Source: Octopus sinensis
Lineage: Eukaryota
Assembly: GCF_006345805.1 (NCBI RefSeq)
Contig: NW_021831993.1
Coordinates: 1 to 64,000, forward strand
Length of the DNA: 64,000 bases
Direction of reading: 5' to 3'
The notes beneath the pieces were generated by a model. It did not search any database. It was given only the letters and a program-made list of their open reading frames with translations, and had not been told where the DNA came from. Position numbers and translations under genes: made by a program. Below are positions 24,114 to 36,909 of this stretch, one piece after another. Each line of letters starts with the position of its first letter. The stretch's first letter is position 1.

Positions 24114-27100
24114 GTCAGGTCACTTTTGAGTGCTACTGGTAACATGTAACCCCGTACAACCTGTTGCATGGTCGGGCCGTCGGCGACGAAACCGGCAACC
24201 CCACCAAGCTTGCTTCGTGAGGAGGGTGTTTATTGGACACCCTGCAGGATAAAAAACAAAACCCGTCAAAGGGTGGAGGAACTCTTGAGAGTCAACAGCC
24301 ATCCAATAAATGTCTTACGGTTGTGTCATTCGTGGGGACATGGAAATAATTGGACTGAATACCCGTTTGCGCGGTTAAACCATTGGAAGTAAAGGACTCC
24401 TAGCCTTTGTTAGGGCATCCTTCTAGGAGAAAGTAACTCAGGTAACTGGGATAACTCTAACATAAAACCTGTGGCTCAGTGGTTACCGATGATGTTGACT
24501 TGTTCTTCGTTTCGTATTATGGCTGCTGTTGCTTAGTGAGTCGGATTGACTCAGTGCGCAGCCTTTCCTCACTTTAAAAAAAATCTTCTTGCACAGGCAT
24601 TGCATGATAACAACATTGATTGATTGATTGATTAAATTGATTAACTAATTCATGATTGTTGATGGTGCTGTGAGTCTCAACTGCATGGCTGGCTGTAGCC
24701 TTAAAAAGCAAAAAATCAATGATGTACCACAACAGTATAAAAATAAATGGCAGCAAGGACTCTGGAACCACATCAGTTGAAAGAGTCTGGCCTGGCAAGG
24801 GCTCCAGAGCATCACAATCTGAACCCGGCCGTCATCGTGCTATTGTGATAGAACCAAAGAAAATATTGAATATTGGCTGTTGGAATGTACAGACACTGCT
24901 TGACCGCAAGTCTTCTGAATGTCCTGAAAGAAGAACTGCGCTTGTTGCAAAGGAGCTTCAACGCTATGATCTTGACATCGTTGCTTTATCTGAGACGAGA
25001 TTACCTGGAGATGGTCATCTTACAGAATCTTGTGGAAAATATGCATTCTTTTGGAAAGGGAGGAATGAAGAGTTTTGAGGAGAAGCTGGAGTGGCATTTG
25101 CTGTTAAGACTACTCTTGTGGACAAGTTGGAAGAATTCCCAGTCGGAATTAACAAGCGTCTTATGTCCATGAGAATTCCTTTGGCTAAAGGAAATTATAT
25201 GACCTTGGTGAGTGTGTATGCTCTTTGTCCTATACTGATGACGAAAAACTTTCTTTCTACCATGCTTTGAAGGGCATTATAAGAAATATCCTTGGGCAGA
25301 CAAAGTCACCGTACTGGGTGACTTTAATGCTAGAGTGGGTAGGGATTTTAACACATGGACTGTAATTGGAAACCATGGGGTGGGGAAGTGTAATAGTAAT
25401 GGCATGCTTTTGCTGCAGATGTGTGAAGAGCTGCGTCTGTGTGTTACCAATACCATGTTTCAACAAAAGAATAAGTTTAAGACTACATGGATGCACCCTG
25501 CATCTAAAGAATGGCATATTCTGGATTACATCCTTGTTAGGGTGCGTGACAGACAGGATGTGCAGTGTGTTCATGTTCTTCGTGGAGCTGAGTGTTAGAC
25601 TGACCCCCGCCTAGTACGTGCAAAAGTGAAATTAGTCACAAAACATAAAATTCGAGCTGCAGGGATTACCCTGCCTAAAAGACTGAATGTTGATCGACCT
25701 AGGTGTAATAGTGTGAAGAGAACTTTACGAGAGGAAATGAATGCTGCAGATATTGGGGAGGATTGGCCGACCCTTAAAAAGTCAGTTTATGATATAGGCA
25801 AGAAAGTTCTGGGATTGATACAAAGAAAGCATCAAGATTGGTTTAAAGAAAAGGATGAACATATAGATGATTTATTGGCTGATAAAATATGTACTTTGTC
25901 ACGCTATTTGTCAGCAAGCCACAGGAAAGAGAAATGTTGCATAGGGAACTCGAAGACGTAAAATCACATGTGAAGCAAAGGCTCTCTCAGATGAGGGATA
26001 CGTGGTGGAGTAAGAAGGCTGATGAGATACAGGCGGCATCAGATTCCAATAGCACAAAGCTGTTGTATGGTCTCTTGCGAGAAGTTTATGGACCGACTTC
26101 TCTGATGACGCCACTTCGAAGCAGGAATGGTAAAGAACTTCTTCGTGATTCACAAGGAATTCTGCAAAGGTGGCAAGTACACTTTGAAGAACTTCTGAAT
26201 CAGCAGTCTGTAGTTAGTGAGGATGTTCTCAATCTCATCCCTGGATTGCCTGTGAAGGCAGCACTCGCAGAACCACCAAAGTTGGAAGAAGTTGCAATGG
26301 CTGTCTCAAGGTTGAATAATGGGAAGTCTCCGGGTATGGATGGCATACATGCGGAGTTGTTACAGCATGGTGGTGAGAAAATTCTGTAGAAAAATTGGCT
26401 TTTTGTTTCGTAAGATATGGACTAGTGAATCTGTACCTGAGTACTGGAGAGATGCAGTAATGGTGGCCTTGTATAAAGGAAAGGGCAACAGGAATGATTG
26501 TGGTAATTATAGAGGAGTATCATTGTTGTCTGTCTGGATCGTCTGCTGAAATACGTTGCAGATTGTGTTCTTCCAGAAAGTCAATCTGGCTTTCGTGTGG
26601 GACGTGGCACTGCTGATATGATCTTTTCAGGAGAAGTGTGTGGAACAGGGTCTGGATTTGTATCAGGTTTTTGTGAATCTGACAAAAGCCTTTGAAACTG
26701 TCAATAGAAAAGCATTGTGGAGAGTCCTCCAGAAACTTGGATGTCCTGAAAAGTTCCTTGCTTTGGTTAGGTCTTTTCATGAAGACATGAATGGTTGGGT
26801 GAATGTTAGAGGGAAAATGTTGGAGCCCATTTCAATACAAAATGGAACGAAACAGGGGGATATTCTGGCACCGACCCTATTTGCCATATATTTTGCAATG
26901 GTGTTCTGAATTGCATTCAGAAACTGCAGATACGGTGTTTACATCCATTATCGAACCTCTGGCAGCATATTTAATATCAGGCGCTTTGCTGCAAAAACAA
27001 GGTATTTACCTCTATCATAAGAGACCTTTTGTATGCAGATGATTGTGAGCTAGTAGCACACACAGAGATTGATATGCAGCACATTTTGAATGCATTCTCT

Positions 27101-28010
27101 GATGTTTGTACTGCCTTAGGTTGTCATGTACCAACCTGCCCCTGGTAAGAAGTAGAGTGTACCAAATATCTATGTGTATGGTAAACAACTTGATGTAGTT
27201 GATTAGTTTGTCTACCTGGGAAGCACTATTAATAGATATAGCAATTTGGATGATGAAATTCCATATAGGATTAGGAAAGCAAGTATTTCTTTCGAAAGGC
27301 TAGAAAAGCGCCTCTGGAGTCGGTGAGATATATGCAGAAAGACAAAGATAAAGGTGTACAAGGCATGTGTGCTCCCTCCTCTTCTCTATGCCGGCGAGAC
27401 GTGGATCACATATCGATACCACCTTAAACAACTGGAACATTTCCATCAGATGTGTCACAGACGGATCTATGGCATTAAGGAGGAGGACCGCATCAGTGAT
27501 CTTGAAATATTAGAAGGCTCTCGGTGTGAAAGTATAGAAGCTCTTGTGTTAAAGCAAAGGCTCAAATGGAGTGGTCATCTGGTCAGGATGAAGGATTCAA
27601 GGATGCCAAAACAACTCTTTTATGGAGAGTTAGCTAAAGGAGAACGACTTCCACATAAACCAAAAAAGAGGTATAAGGACTTGCTAAAGGCTTCCTTCAG
27701 AGATGCTAGCATCTCTCCTGACACATGGGAAGGCATAACTATTGATTGTAGCAGGTGGAGAAGGATTGTACATGAGGGGACAGCCACTTTTCAGAAATCT
27801 CGAGTTGCACATGAGAAAGTAAGGAGGGATGTCAGGAAGGGCATCGCTGTAGCACTTTCAGATGGGAAGGGTCTTCCTATGATGCTGACATGCAGTGTCT
27901 GTGCAAGACCCTGCCTCAGTAAAGCTGGACTCAAGAGTCATCTTTGTAGTCATAAAGCGAGACAGATGAGTGACAACTTGGCCATTGTGGTGGTGTAACA
28001 CACCATACTA
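24114..28010 (+). mobile_element. Near full-length RTE-BovB-like LINE (5'UTR, APE endonuclease, RT, C2H2 finger), inactivated by stops and frameshifts
   Basis: [95 protein letters not shown]. Confidence 0.92.
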
Positions 28011-28011
28011 A

Positions 28012-28252
28012 TCATATCTGTCGGGCATGTGGAAGAGAGTGTAACTCGGCAGGAGGACTTAAACGACATGCAAAGGTACATGAAGCCCAGTTACAACTAC
28101 ACCCGGCTATTACCAGTAAAGGTTTTAGTTGCCAATTCTGTACAAGACATTGTAGATCTTTGGCTGGGCTAAAAAGTCACATTCGATCACAGCACCGATA
28201 ACAGTTAAGCTTTGTGCAATGGCCATACTCGATAACGAGGGGGCAGCCATCA
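28012..28252 (+). mobile_element. 3' end of a second RTE family (two C2H2 fingers plus short tail)
   Basis: CRACGRECNSAGGLKRHAKVH...CQFCTRHCRSLAGLKSHIRSQHR*, then GGCCATACTCGATAACGAGGGGGCAGCCATCAT. Confidence 0.7.
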
Positions 28253-28849
28253 TGTATGTATGCGTGTATGTATGTATGCATGTATGTATGTATGTATGCA
28301 TGTGTATGTATGTATGTGTGTATATATATATCTATGTATGTATGCATGTATATATGCATGTGTATGTATGTTTATATATGCATGTGTATGTATGCATGCG
28401 TGTATGTATGCATGTGTATGTATGTGTGAGTGTGTGTTGTGTGAGTGTATGTACGTATACAAGTACGTTTTTATGTATGTAAGTTTTGTTCCTGTTCCTC
28501 TTCAGCAATTCCAAGCCGGTTGCTTATGAATTGACAGAGTTTTGAGTTAAAAGAGTTCCCAGCGTTTTAAATGGTGGTTGAGTTGGAGTGCAGATTGAAC
28601 TCTTGATACCCAGACTCAAGCACGTGCATCTATTCAACTAAAAAATCTCTGATGGTAAATCTTTGGAATGTCTTACAAAATCTTCCCTGTGCCATGCAGA
28701 GATCGGATTTTGGAGGTCTCTTTTGATCTTTCTTCGGAAAAGCCTAAAATTTCCAGGTGGTTGTGTAAGTGTGTAAGCACATAGCCTAATGCACCTATGA
28801 TCATAGGTACAAACGAGAATTTATAGTCAGGGTAGAAGCAGTGAAGAAG

Positions 28850-30885
28850 ATGTTTTCCAAAGTTCTACAGCGTGATGGTCAGACTTGAGGTATACTGGAT
28901 TGCGAGACAGTGTGTCAGAGAAAAACGGGATATTGTAGGAGAGAAATGTGAGTGGATGGATAATGGTATGCTTGCACTCAGTGATGTGGACAAGAGAGAA
29001 GCGTGGAAAAGTTACTATGCGAGACTGTTGAATGTAGAGAACGAATGGGATAAAGGGAGTCTCCCTCATGTGATCCCAACAGATGGACTGGCTATCCTAG
29101 TGGACAGTGGTGTGATAGAGAAGGCAATTAAAAACATGAAAACATGGGAAAGCCCCAGTTCCAACCAGAATCACAGCAGAGACGCTCAAAATAAGGCAGG
29201 TTATGGGCTTGTCCCCTACATTAGTTAATTAAGTCATTGAGGAAGGTGTAATACCCAGTGACTGGCATTGCAGCATCATTGTTAGCTGCTACAAGGATAG
29301 ATTGAAGCAATTACAGAAGCATCAACTCCTGGACCAGGTGAAGAAAATTACATAGGGAGTTATGGCCCAGAATTTGGCTTGACCAAATGCAGTTCAGCTT
29401 TGTCCAACGAAGAATCAATTCTGATGCTATTTTCATAATCAGGCAATTTCAAGAGAAGAATAAAACATTATAATTGGCATCTGTTTATTTAGAGGAATCT
29501 TTCGATAGAGTGCCCTGCTGTGTGATACGGTGGGCTCTGAGGAGGATAGGGATAGATGAGTGACTGGTGAAAGCTGTACAGACCGTGCACAAAGAAACCA
29601 AGAGTACGGCAAAGAATTAGGTGTAGAGGTAGGAGTTCATCAAGGCTCAGTCCTTAGTATCCCCTCCTTTTCATCATTGTCCTCCAGGCCACCTACGTAG
29701 GTAGCCCTGTTCAATTTGTAGTAAAAGTGTAAGGGTGAACTCTCTATGGTGTGTCCAGTGAAAGCTATGGTCACACAAGAGGTGCAGTAGGTTAATTGGA
29801 AGGTTTTCGGATATAGAAGATGTGCAGGGTCCATCAAAACTTTAGCGACCTGGGAAATTGAGATTCTCAAATGCCCTGGTGGCACCTTAGTGTTAGTAGA
29901 TAATCTCTGAGACCTACGGGACCAAATTAGTAATAGGGGAGGATGCACAGAAAGTGTAATAGCTAGAATAAGAATAGGATGGAGGAAATTCAGAGAGCTG
30001 TTACCTGTATTGGCCACGAAAGGTTTCTCTGTTTCAAAGAATGATTGTATGATACATGTATACAAACAACAATTATACATGGTAGTGAGATGTGGGCCCT
30101 GAATGAAAAGGACATGTGAAGGTTAGAGAGGAATGAGGCTAGTATGCTCTGCCAGGTGTGTAATGTAAGTGTACATTTTCTACAGAGTGCCAGTATTCTG
30201 AGAGAGAAGTTAGGCATAAGAGGAATTGGTTGCTGTGTGCAAGAGAAGACTGTGCTGGTTTGGTTATGTGATGCAGGTCGATGCCAACAGCTCCATAAAA
30301 AAGTGCATTTCTCTCAAAGTGGATGGAGGACCCAGGAAGACATGGAATGAAGTGCTGATGAACGACCTCAAGATGCTGAACCTTTCAGGTGAGATGACAA
30401 AGGACCGAGATACCTGGCACCTGGCCTCAGTCAAAAGCCTACTACCTTGTAACAGAAGTTTTAAGACCAATCCTTCTAGTAGCATGCAGCAATCGCTGGG
30501 GTATTATGTGAAAGCGCTCACATGGTACCACTTAAAAGTGCCCATGAAGCAATACATAAAAGCACTTGTGCAGTGCCACGTAAAAGCATCATTTCATGTA
30601 AAGCGCTCATGCATTGTCAGGTAAAGCGTCCGTATGGCGTTACATAAAAGTGCCGTTGTGGTGTCACCTAAAAGAGCCCGTGTGGTGTCAGGTAAAAGCT
30701 TCCATGTGGGGCCAGTGGTAAAAGCAATCAGCAAAGTCTGCGAAGTGTTAGGAAGGGCATCCAATCATAGAAACCAAGCCAAATCCAACTGGAGCCTGGT
30801 GCAGCCCACATCCCAGCTTGCGAGCTCGGGTCACACCTCCAATGATTGCCAACATGGACAAATGACATTAAAGGATGTTCATAAT
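28850..30885 (+). mobile_element. Old, degenerate RTE LINE (family of 36910-40225)
   Basis: Fragments REAWKSYYARLLNVENEWDK, GVHQGSVL and RLCWFGYV followed by the family 3'UTR. Confidence 0.8.
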
Positions 30886-31824
30886 GTTGATTCAATACAT
30901 AGAACACCAACCCCAATACCAATCCACTGAACTCTTTAGAGAGCTTTCGCACAAAATAGGCCAACAGCAGCAGCAAAACATGCAGCTGAGATCAGATAAT
31001 CCCATTTCTCAGATTACAAAATGTTGGGACACACAAAGACTATGACAGCTGAGTCATCATGACTATAGAGAGAATTGATTACAAAGAGGAAAACAACAAC
31101 AGCAGCAACAAGCATAGAAAGAAGAACAGCAACAACAATAAAGAGATCAGGGTTAGAGAGAGAAAACCAGGTCAGTGAAAATTACGACAAAGACAACAGA
31201 AGCTGTCAGAATCCATCCACATCACATGACCAAACCAGCACAGTCACCCCCTTTGCACACAGCAACAAATTCCCTTTCCTGCCTAACTTCTCTCTCAGAA
31301 CACTGGCACTCTGTCGAATAAGTACACTTACATTACACATCCAGTGGAGCAGACTAACCTCATTCTTTTCTAACCTTCGTATGTCCTCTGCATTCAGGGC
31401 TCACGTCTCACTACCGTGTGGAGTAATTATCTCTCTCTGAGGCACACAAGTGCTAGGGATATAAAAAAGCACCCAGTAAACTCTGCAAATGTTATTGCAT
31501 TAAGAAGGGCATCACGTCGTAGAATCCCACCAAAGCAGATACTGAAGTGCAATGCAGTCCTTGCAGCCACTGGATCCTATCAAACTGTCCAACCCAGCCT
31601 GGAGAAAGGATGCTACATAACGATGATGACAAGAAGATCATGGTGATATATAACCAAGGAAGTTAGAAGCAGATGCACAAACACACATCACTAATTGCAC
31701 AGCTACCCATAGCAGAAACAACTGTAAGCCAATGAAGTTGATTTAGAAATTAGTGTTCCTTTATCTTTACTTCTATTAATTTCTTATATTAATTCATATA
31801 TATATATATATATACATATATATA

Positions 31825-31885
31825 CTAGCAGAGACACCTACCTAGCATTGCTTGGGATTAAAATGGTACAGATTTTTATTGTTTT
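31825..31885 (-). mobile_element. Helitron 3'-terminus remnant
   Basis: (TA)n-ACTAGCAG...CCTAGCATTGCTTGGG, similar to the other Helitron ends. Confidence 0.45.
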
Positions 31886-32120
31886 ACATGTTTTAGTAAC
31901 ATGACTCCAGCCATGCTGGAGCACCACCTTAAAGTTGAAGAAATCAACTACAGGATTTATTCTTTGTAAGCCTAGTACTTAGTCTATCGGTGTACTTTGA
32001 CAAATAGCTAAGTTATGGGGATATAAGCACAGTAAAATCGGTTGTCAATCAATGGTGGGGGTAGAAACACAGACACACACACATATTCATATATATACAG
32101 ACACACATATATATATTACA

Positions 32121-32900
32121 TCTATAATATAAATCCCTTTCTGTGTGTGTAAAAGATTATAACGGCCGTATTTTTCAACTGATTTTCCCCAAACTGTGAA
32201 CATACATTACTTATGTTCCAGGTGTGGCGTCAGACTCTTAAAATTCTTCAAATAATGAGTAATGGGCTCCTTGGAAGCAGAAAATACCCATCCCTGGGTT
32301 ATGTTGATAAGGGACACAACTCTTTGTGAAGTAAGTTTCAGAAATTGATTGTATCTTTCCGCAGCTGTCTCACAGAGACATTCTTTTGGCTGACCTTGAC
32401 ATTGCAGACAAATTTGACACTTTCCTTCTAGGCATGGTTACATAAGTATACAGAAATACACAGGTGCAGAAGATAGTAAACAATGAAAATAACTGGGTAA
32501 CAGACAGAAAGTAAATAAGAAACTTCTACGGAAAATAAAGAATTGTACAGGTTGAACCGAAATTTGTCAGTGAACCAGAGTCAATATCAAAGGAACAAGA
32601 AAAAAGCACTAGAGTTTCCATTGGTGCAATGACAACTGAGTGCAAGCATTGTAAAGCAAGGAAGTGGCCTGGAGAGACACTTGCACTGTGCTGCAGGGGT
32701 GGAAATGTTAAACTCCCTGCAATCCCCCAACCTCCACAGTCATTTAAGAAACTGTTTTCATTAATTGCCAAGATTCCAAGATTTCCAAAACAGAATTAGA
32801 CAATACAACGGTGCATTACAGGTGACATCATTGGAGCCACAAGAGATTTAACTGAGCCAGGATTCATGCAAACTTTCAAGGTCCAAGGTCAGATTTATCT
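32121..32900 (+). mobile_element. Helitron 5' end with RepHel N-terminal coding remnant
   Basis: A|TCTATAATATAAAT start. SIGAMTTECKHCKARKWPGETLALCCRGGNVKLP...RIRQYNGALQVTS...GFMQTFKVQGQIY, cut by an RTE at ~32902. Confidence 0.8.
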
Positions 32901-32901
32901 T

Positions 32902-34720
32902 TGGCTAGGTATTTCTCCTGCAGTTGCCTTACCAGAAATATAACATCAGTGGTGCTTCTGCCTGGCACAAAACCAAACTGCATCTCATCTAGGCTAACTC
33001 TCTCCCTAATTAGTTGGGCTATGACCCCCTCTGTAACTTTCATCAGCCGATCCAATAATTTGATACCGCTGTAGTTATTTCTAGCAAAAGCATCACTTTT
33101 CCCCTTGTAGCAGTTGACTATGGTGCTGCTACACCAGTCATTGGGTATGACTCCTTCATAAACAACCTGATTTACGGTATGGGTGACAAGACCATAACCC
33201 ATGTCACCAGATATGTTAAGCATCTCAGCAGTGATTCCTGATGGGCCGGGGGATTTTCCTGTCTCCATATCCTTAATTGCGTTATCTACCAGGGTACTGT
33301 CGATTTGGGTAGCTCGTCCCTCTACTGGGTCAACCTTTGACAGACTCTCTTCCTCCCATTCATTCTCCACATTCAGTACTCTTTTACAATGGCATCTCCA
33401 AGCCTCTTTCTTTGCAGAATCATTAAACACAAGGACTCCATCATCCATGCAAACACATTTCTCTTCTATGACATCACGGTTTTCTCTCACACACTGTCTT
33501 GCAATCCGAAATACTTCAGTTCTTTAGTTCTCACCTTGCTGAACATTGGCAAACTTCTTCTTTTCTGCTACTCCTTGGCTATATACACCTGTCTCTTAGT
33601 TTCCCTTTTTGGCTATCTGATACAGTCTCCTGCTACCCCCACTCTTACAGGCCTTCCAAGCCTGTCTCTTTGCTCTTATAGACCTGTCTACAATAATGTT
33701 CCACCACCATGTTACCCTAGGTCTGGAAGGGACTTTGCACCAGTGCCACAGATTTGGTCTGTGGTGCTCAGCAAACAGACTTGCAGGAATTCCCAGCTGC
33801 CTTCTACGTCACAGGACTGTAGCTCCTCCACCCTCTCATCAGATTTGTCGGTGATGATGTCCCTAAATATCTGACCATGTGAAGGGTTCTTAAGCTTCCA
33901 AATTCTTCTTTCCAGATTGATCTGCTTTTTGGCATCCTTCTGGCCTCAAGTCTGAAGTCACTAATAACGAGTCTATGCTGTGGGGTACATTCTTCACCAG
34001 GGAGGGTCTTTGTATTTAAAAGCAGCCATGTATCCCGTTGTCTCATGAGAATGAAATCAATCTGGCAAGAAGAGTTATCCGATTCATAGGTTATCATGTG
34101 GCTGGCTGGCTTCCTGAAGTTGGTGTTGTAGATCAATAGGTTATTTGCATCACAGAACTCCAGGAGCCTAGTTCCCTCTTCATTTCTTGTAGAAACTCCA
34201 TGGCTGCCATGTACACCATGGTAGATACCAGGTTGCTGTCCAACATGCCCATTAAAATTCCAGCCACAAAGATGAAATCATTGTCACTCGTCTTTGAGGT
34301 AGCCCGCAGAAGAATATCATAAAAGTGATCTTTCTGTTAATTTGGTTGACCCACTTGTGGAGCGTAGGCAGAGATAATTGTAGCTATACCATTTTGTAAG
34401 ACTAGCCTGAGTTTAAGCACTCTGTCGTACACCCTCACTACCTCTATGACCTTATCCATCCATTTCTCTTCAAGAAGTATGCCCACACCTCCTATTCCAT
34501 CACAGTTACCTTCCCAGAAGAGTTTATACCTATGTTCTTTGCCTGTGAGGACTCTGGCTGAAGCTCCTCTCCACCTTACCTCTTGTATGCAACATACATC
34601 AGCATGTCTCCATTCAAGCATCTCTACAATCGCACTAGACTTACCTTTCAATATACCTACATTTACAGTGCCAACTCTGAAAACTGGGAAAGAGATATGG
34701 GAGGTAACACAGGAAGGAGA
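32902..34720 (-). mobile_element. RTE LINE 5' half (endonuclease and start of RT), degenerate
   Basis: ORFs 34337-34651, 33804-34136 and 32876-33490 (CCIQEVRWRG, QIDFIL, GKSPGPSGITAE, MQFGFVPGRSTTD). Confidence 0.85.
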
Positions 34721-35209
34721 GATACCACTCCTACCATTACCACTACTACTACTTCAGTTAGTGAAAACCCATTCCTTTCTTCCCCCCATCCCACTGTCCA
34801 CTTTAATATGAATTCATGCCTCACTGTTCCATGATAAATCTTCCAACTGTAAATAAAGCAAAATTTATGAACACACAAAACCCCAGAATATACCATTGTT
34901 CTCAACATGAGAGACTATGCATATGCACTGATGGCAACTTCACCCATTTGCCTGTGACAAGACACAGCATTCATACAAGCAACACCCTCCAATGCCAAAG
35001 CACACATCTTACACCACCACCACCACCACCATCACCACCACCAAATACCAAATCAAACTTTGTTGTTTCTACACATGTAACATGGAAAATTAAAATCTGC
35101 TGCTTTTCCCAACATAAAAGATTATTTCTGATGTGCAACACTCACTTCACTCATCTTCCAGGAACTCGATGCATGACACCAAACCACCAACAAAACCATA
35201 ATTGAAACA

Positions 35210-36405
35210 TCCCTAATAGTGACAGCGTTGGTCCAGACTTTCATGGAAACTCAGAAATCACCCAGATATCTGCTGGGTACAATAGTAAAATCAACAGCCG
35301 CAAACAGTATAACTCTAAGCATATTTAACAGTGCAACCATACCAACTCCAGATGACAACCCCTTCCAAAACAAGAAAATTCTTTTTTAATGGTGATGAAT
35401 CTAGCAAAGAAATGGGAAAACAAACTTCTAGCTTTTACACGGCACCAACCACTGCTATTACCCCTGTGCACAACCACACCATTGCTTTTATTGACCCACA
35501 TACTCAACTCTATAATGATACCGAATGTACAAGGTCTTTCACTCTTCACAAATAAAACAAAAGTATCATATCTTAGAGACCTTGCACTGCAAGAAAGGAC
35601 AATGTGTATAGCACTAAGTGAACACACCTAACCCCAAACATTCTTTTCTACTCTAGGTGCAAGGCCTGAGATTGTTGGAGAGGGGAGGTCAGTTGATTAG
35701 ATTGACCCCAGTATACAACTGGTACTTAATTTATCGACCACCGAAAGGATGAAAGGCAAAGTCGACCTTGGCAGAATTTGAACTCAGAACATAAAGACAG
35801 ACAAAATACCGCTGAGCATATCACCTGGCATGCTAACGTTTCTGTCAGCTTTCCGCCTTAACCCCAAACATATTGGATGCAGAAGTACATATGTGAGGTT
35901 ATGTACAAATGAGAACTGACGACAGAATATCAACACAAAGAGAAATAGTGATCTTTATCCACGGAGACCAGGCAACAAATGTCCCATACCAACACATTGT
36001 GTGGCGAGCTGGCAGACACGTTAGCACGCTGGGTGAAATGCTTAGCAGTATTTCGTCTGCAGTTACGTTCTGAGTTCAAATTCCACCGAGGTCGAATTTG
36101 CTTTCATCCTTTCGGGGTCGATAAGTTAAGTACCAGTTACGCACTGGGGTCGATATAATCGACTTAATCTGTTTGTCTGTCCTTGTTTGTCCCCTCTGTG
36201 TTTAGCCCCTTGTGGGTTGTAAAGAAATAAGAAATGCTCGTGATTGACCTCAGTTTCAACACAGGCATTATCAAATTGTTTTCCTGATGCAGATAAGCAT
36301 GGAGATCATTTCGAAGCTGCTTTGTCACTCATAGGTCAAGCCCCAAATGAGGCCGGCCTTCGGGACCAATGTACTTTTAGCAGGTGACTTCAATTCTCTT
36401 CATCT
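35210..36405 (+). mobile_element. CR1/L2-type LINE endonuclease remnant interrupted by two SINEs
   Basis: NVQGLSLFTNKTKVSYLRDLALQERTMCIALSEH before the SINEs and VLLAGDFNS after them. Confidence 0.5.
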
Positions 36406-36601
36406 CAGACTTGTCAGTGGATATGGCAGACGGAAATGAAGCCAGTCACATGTGTGTGTGTGTTTTTGTGTGTGCGTACATACATACATACATACACACA
36501 AATATAAGTACTTATATATATATAATATATATATATATATAATATATATATAATATATATATATATATAATATATATATATATATTATATATATAATATA
36601 C

Positions 36602-36632
<31 letters not shown>

Positions 36633-36651
36633 CACACAAAACTTTTATACC

Positions 36652-36777
36652 TATGAGTATAATTATAATTAGGGTTCAGCAAAAATTTGCTTCATCACAT
36701 ACCGAAATTTAGAAATTCTAAATTTCAGTATGTGGTGAAGCAAATTCTGCTGAACCCTAATTATAATTATACTCATA
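36652..36777. repeat. 126-bp near-perfect palindrome, probably a collapsed MITE with TA ends
   Basis: TATGAGTATAATTATAATTAGGGTTCAGC...TTTAGAA|A|TTCTAAA...GCTGAACCCTAATTATAATTATACTCATA; about three mismatches/indels over ~62-bp arms. Confidence 0.8.
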
Positions 36778-36909
36778 ATTATAGAATTTTTGTATAAGTT
36801 TACCATTAATGGTTCTTTTAACATAACAAACTACTTGGTAAAATTATTAATTAATTAAGTTTACCCTTTATATATAATATATATACAAGATAAGAAAATG
36901 GAGAAATAC

